This document shows, piece by piece, positions 63,353 through 64,000 of a DNA stretch of 64,000 nt. The stretch covers positions 1-64,000 of the forward strand of contig JAZURI010000010.1 of NCBI GenBank assembly GCA_045606105.1, read 5' to 3'. Source of the stretch: Spirochaetia bacterium (GTDB lineage: Bacteria; Spirochaetota; Spirochaetia; CADAEX01). The notes under the pieces were generated by a model. The model saw only the letters and a list, made by a program, of their open reading frames with translations. It ran no database searches and was not told the DNA's origin. How positions within the stretch are numbered: position 1 is the stretch's first letter; each line of letters begins with the position of its first letter. Position numbers and translations under genes: made by a program.

Positions 63353-64000
63353 GAATTATATCCTTTAAACCATTCAATGAATTTATTCAGCCCCACCTTC
63401 AGGTCTGTTGAGGGAGCATACCCGTAATCCCGCTCCAGGGCAGAAATATCGGCAAAGGTTTCCAGAACATCACCGCTCTGCATAGGCATGAGGTTAAGCT
63501 CCGCCTTCCTCCCCAGTCCCTCTTCTATAAAACTGATCATATCGGAAAGCTTTTCAGGTTTACCGCGGCCGATATTATAGATACGGCACTTTTCAAAGGA
63601 ACCGAAATCGGAAAAAAGGATTCTTTCAACACCCTCAGTAACATCATCCACATAGGTGAAATCCCTTTTCATTTCTCCGAAATTATATACATCGATAGGT
63701 TTTCCTTCGGTTATTTTCTTTGCAAACTTGAAATAGGCCATATCAGGTCTTCCCAGAGGTCCGTAAACCGTAAAGAAACGGAGCCCCACCAGGTTCATCC
63801 CGTACATGTCGGCATAAACATGAGCCATAAGCTCATCAGCCTTTTTTGTGGCGGCATAGAGGCTGGCCGGAGAATCGGTCTTTTCAGTTTCTGTAAAAGG
63901 CATCTCCCGGTTGCGGCCGTAAACACTGGAGCTGCTGGCATAGACAATGTTTTTTGTCCCAGCCCGGCGGCAGCCCTCAAGAAGATTAAGAAATGCAGAA
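63349..64000 (-). CDS. NAD-dependent epimerase, UDP-glucuronate 4-epimerase-like (5' end outside the window)
   Basis: YASSSSVYG, YAATKK, GLRFFTVYGPLGRPDMA, RDFTYVDD; frame remains open to the window edge. Confidence 0.88.
   Translation of the reverse strand, partial: SAFLNLLEGCRRAGTKNIVYASSSSVYGRNREMPFTETEKTDSPASLYAATKKADELMAHVYADMYGMNLVGLRFFTVYGPLGRPDMAYFKFAKKITEGKPIDVYNFGEMKRDFTYVDDVTEGVERILFSDFGSFEKCRIYNIGRGKPEKLSDMISFIEEGLGRKAELNLMPMQSGDVLETFADISALERDYGYAPSTDLKVGLNKFIEWFKGYNS

Noticed and set aside
1-64000. CRISPR arrays, insertion sequences, long tandem repeats
   Set aside because: Intergenic gaps are mostly under 150 nt, and I saw no regularly spaced repeats, terminal inverted repeats or transposase ORFs by eye; a repeat finder was not run

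Overview
A gene-dense bacterial chromosomal segment, probably from a spirochaete (inferred from spirochaetal-style lipoboxes such as LSFSLFSC, the lolA-rodZ-rimO order and a bacterial XPB helicase; not verified by search). The first ~50 kb is mostly housekeeping: pgsA, clpP, radC, rlmE, dapBA, tcdA, cysK, tRNA-Ser-ffs-dnaX-ybaB-recR, uvrD, murA, pdp, rplM-rpsI-recX, thrC and tRNA-Arg. It also holds two accessory blocks: TAXI-TRAP/M20 amidohydrolase/two-component system/LarA/glycerate kinase, and a Pot-like ABC importer/DHH phosphoesterase/mevalonate-kinase-like GHMP kinase. The last ~14 kb is one tightly packed minus-strand run, open at the right edge. It encodes an NDP-sugar epimerase, two paralogous Thr-type alkaline-phosphatase-superfamily proteins, two LicD proteins, a Wzx flippase and three glycosyltransferases, followed by a tandemly duplicated [putative outer-membrane beta-barrel + CotH-kinase lipoprotein] module and a DUF4956 membrane protein. 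This locus is the best candidate for an undescribed system (extracytoplasmic phosphorylation tied to a surface glycan). A second notable signal is that at least 13 genes have a -10 hexamer only 6-8 nt upstream of the start codon, suggesting widespread leaderless transcription. I saw no CRISPR array, transposase, integrase or rRNA gene. All family assignments come from recognising motifs by eye; no searches or computations were run.
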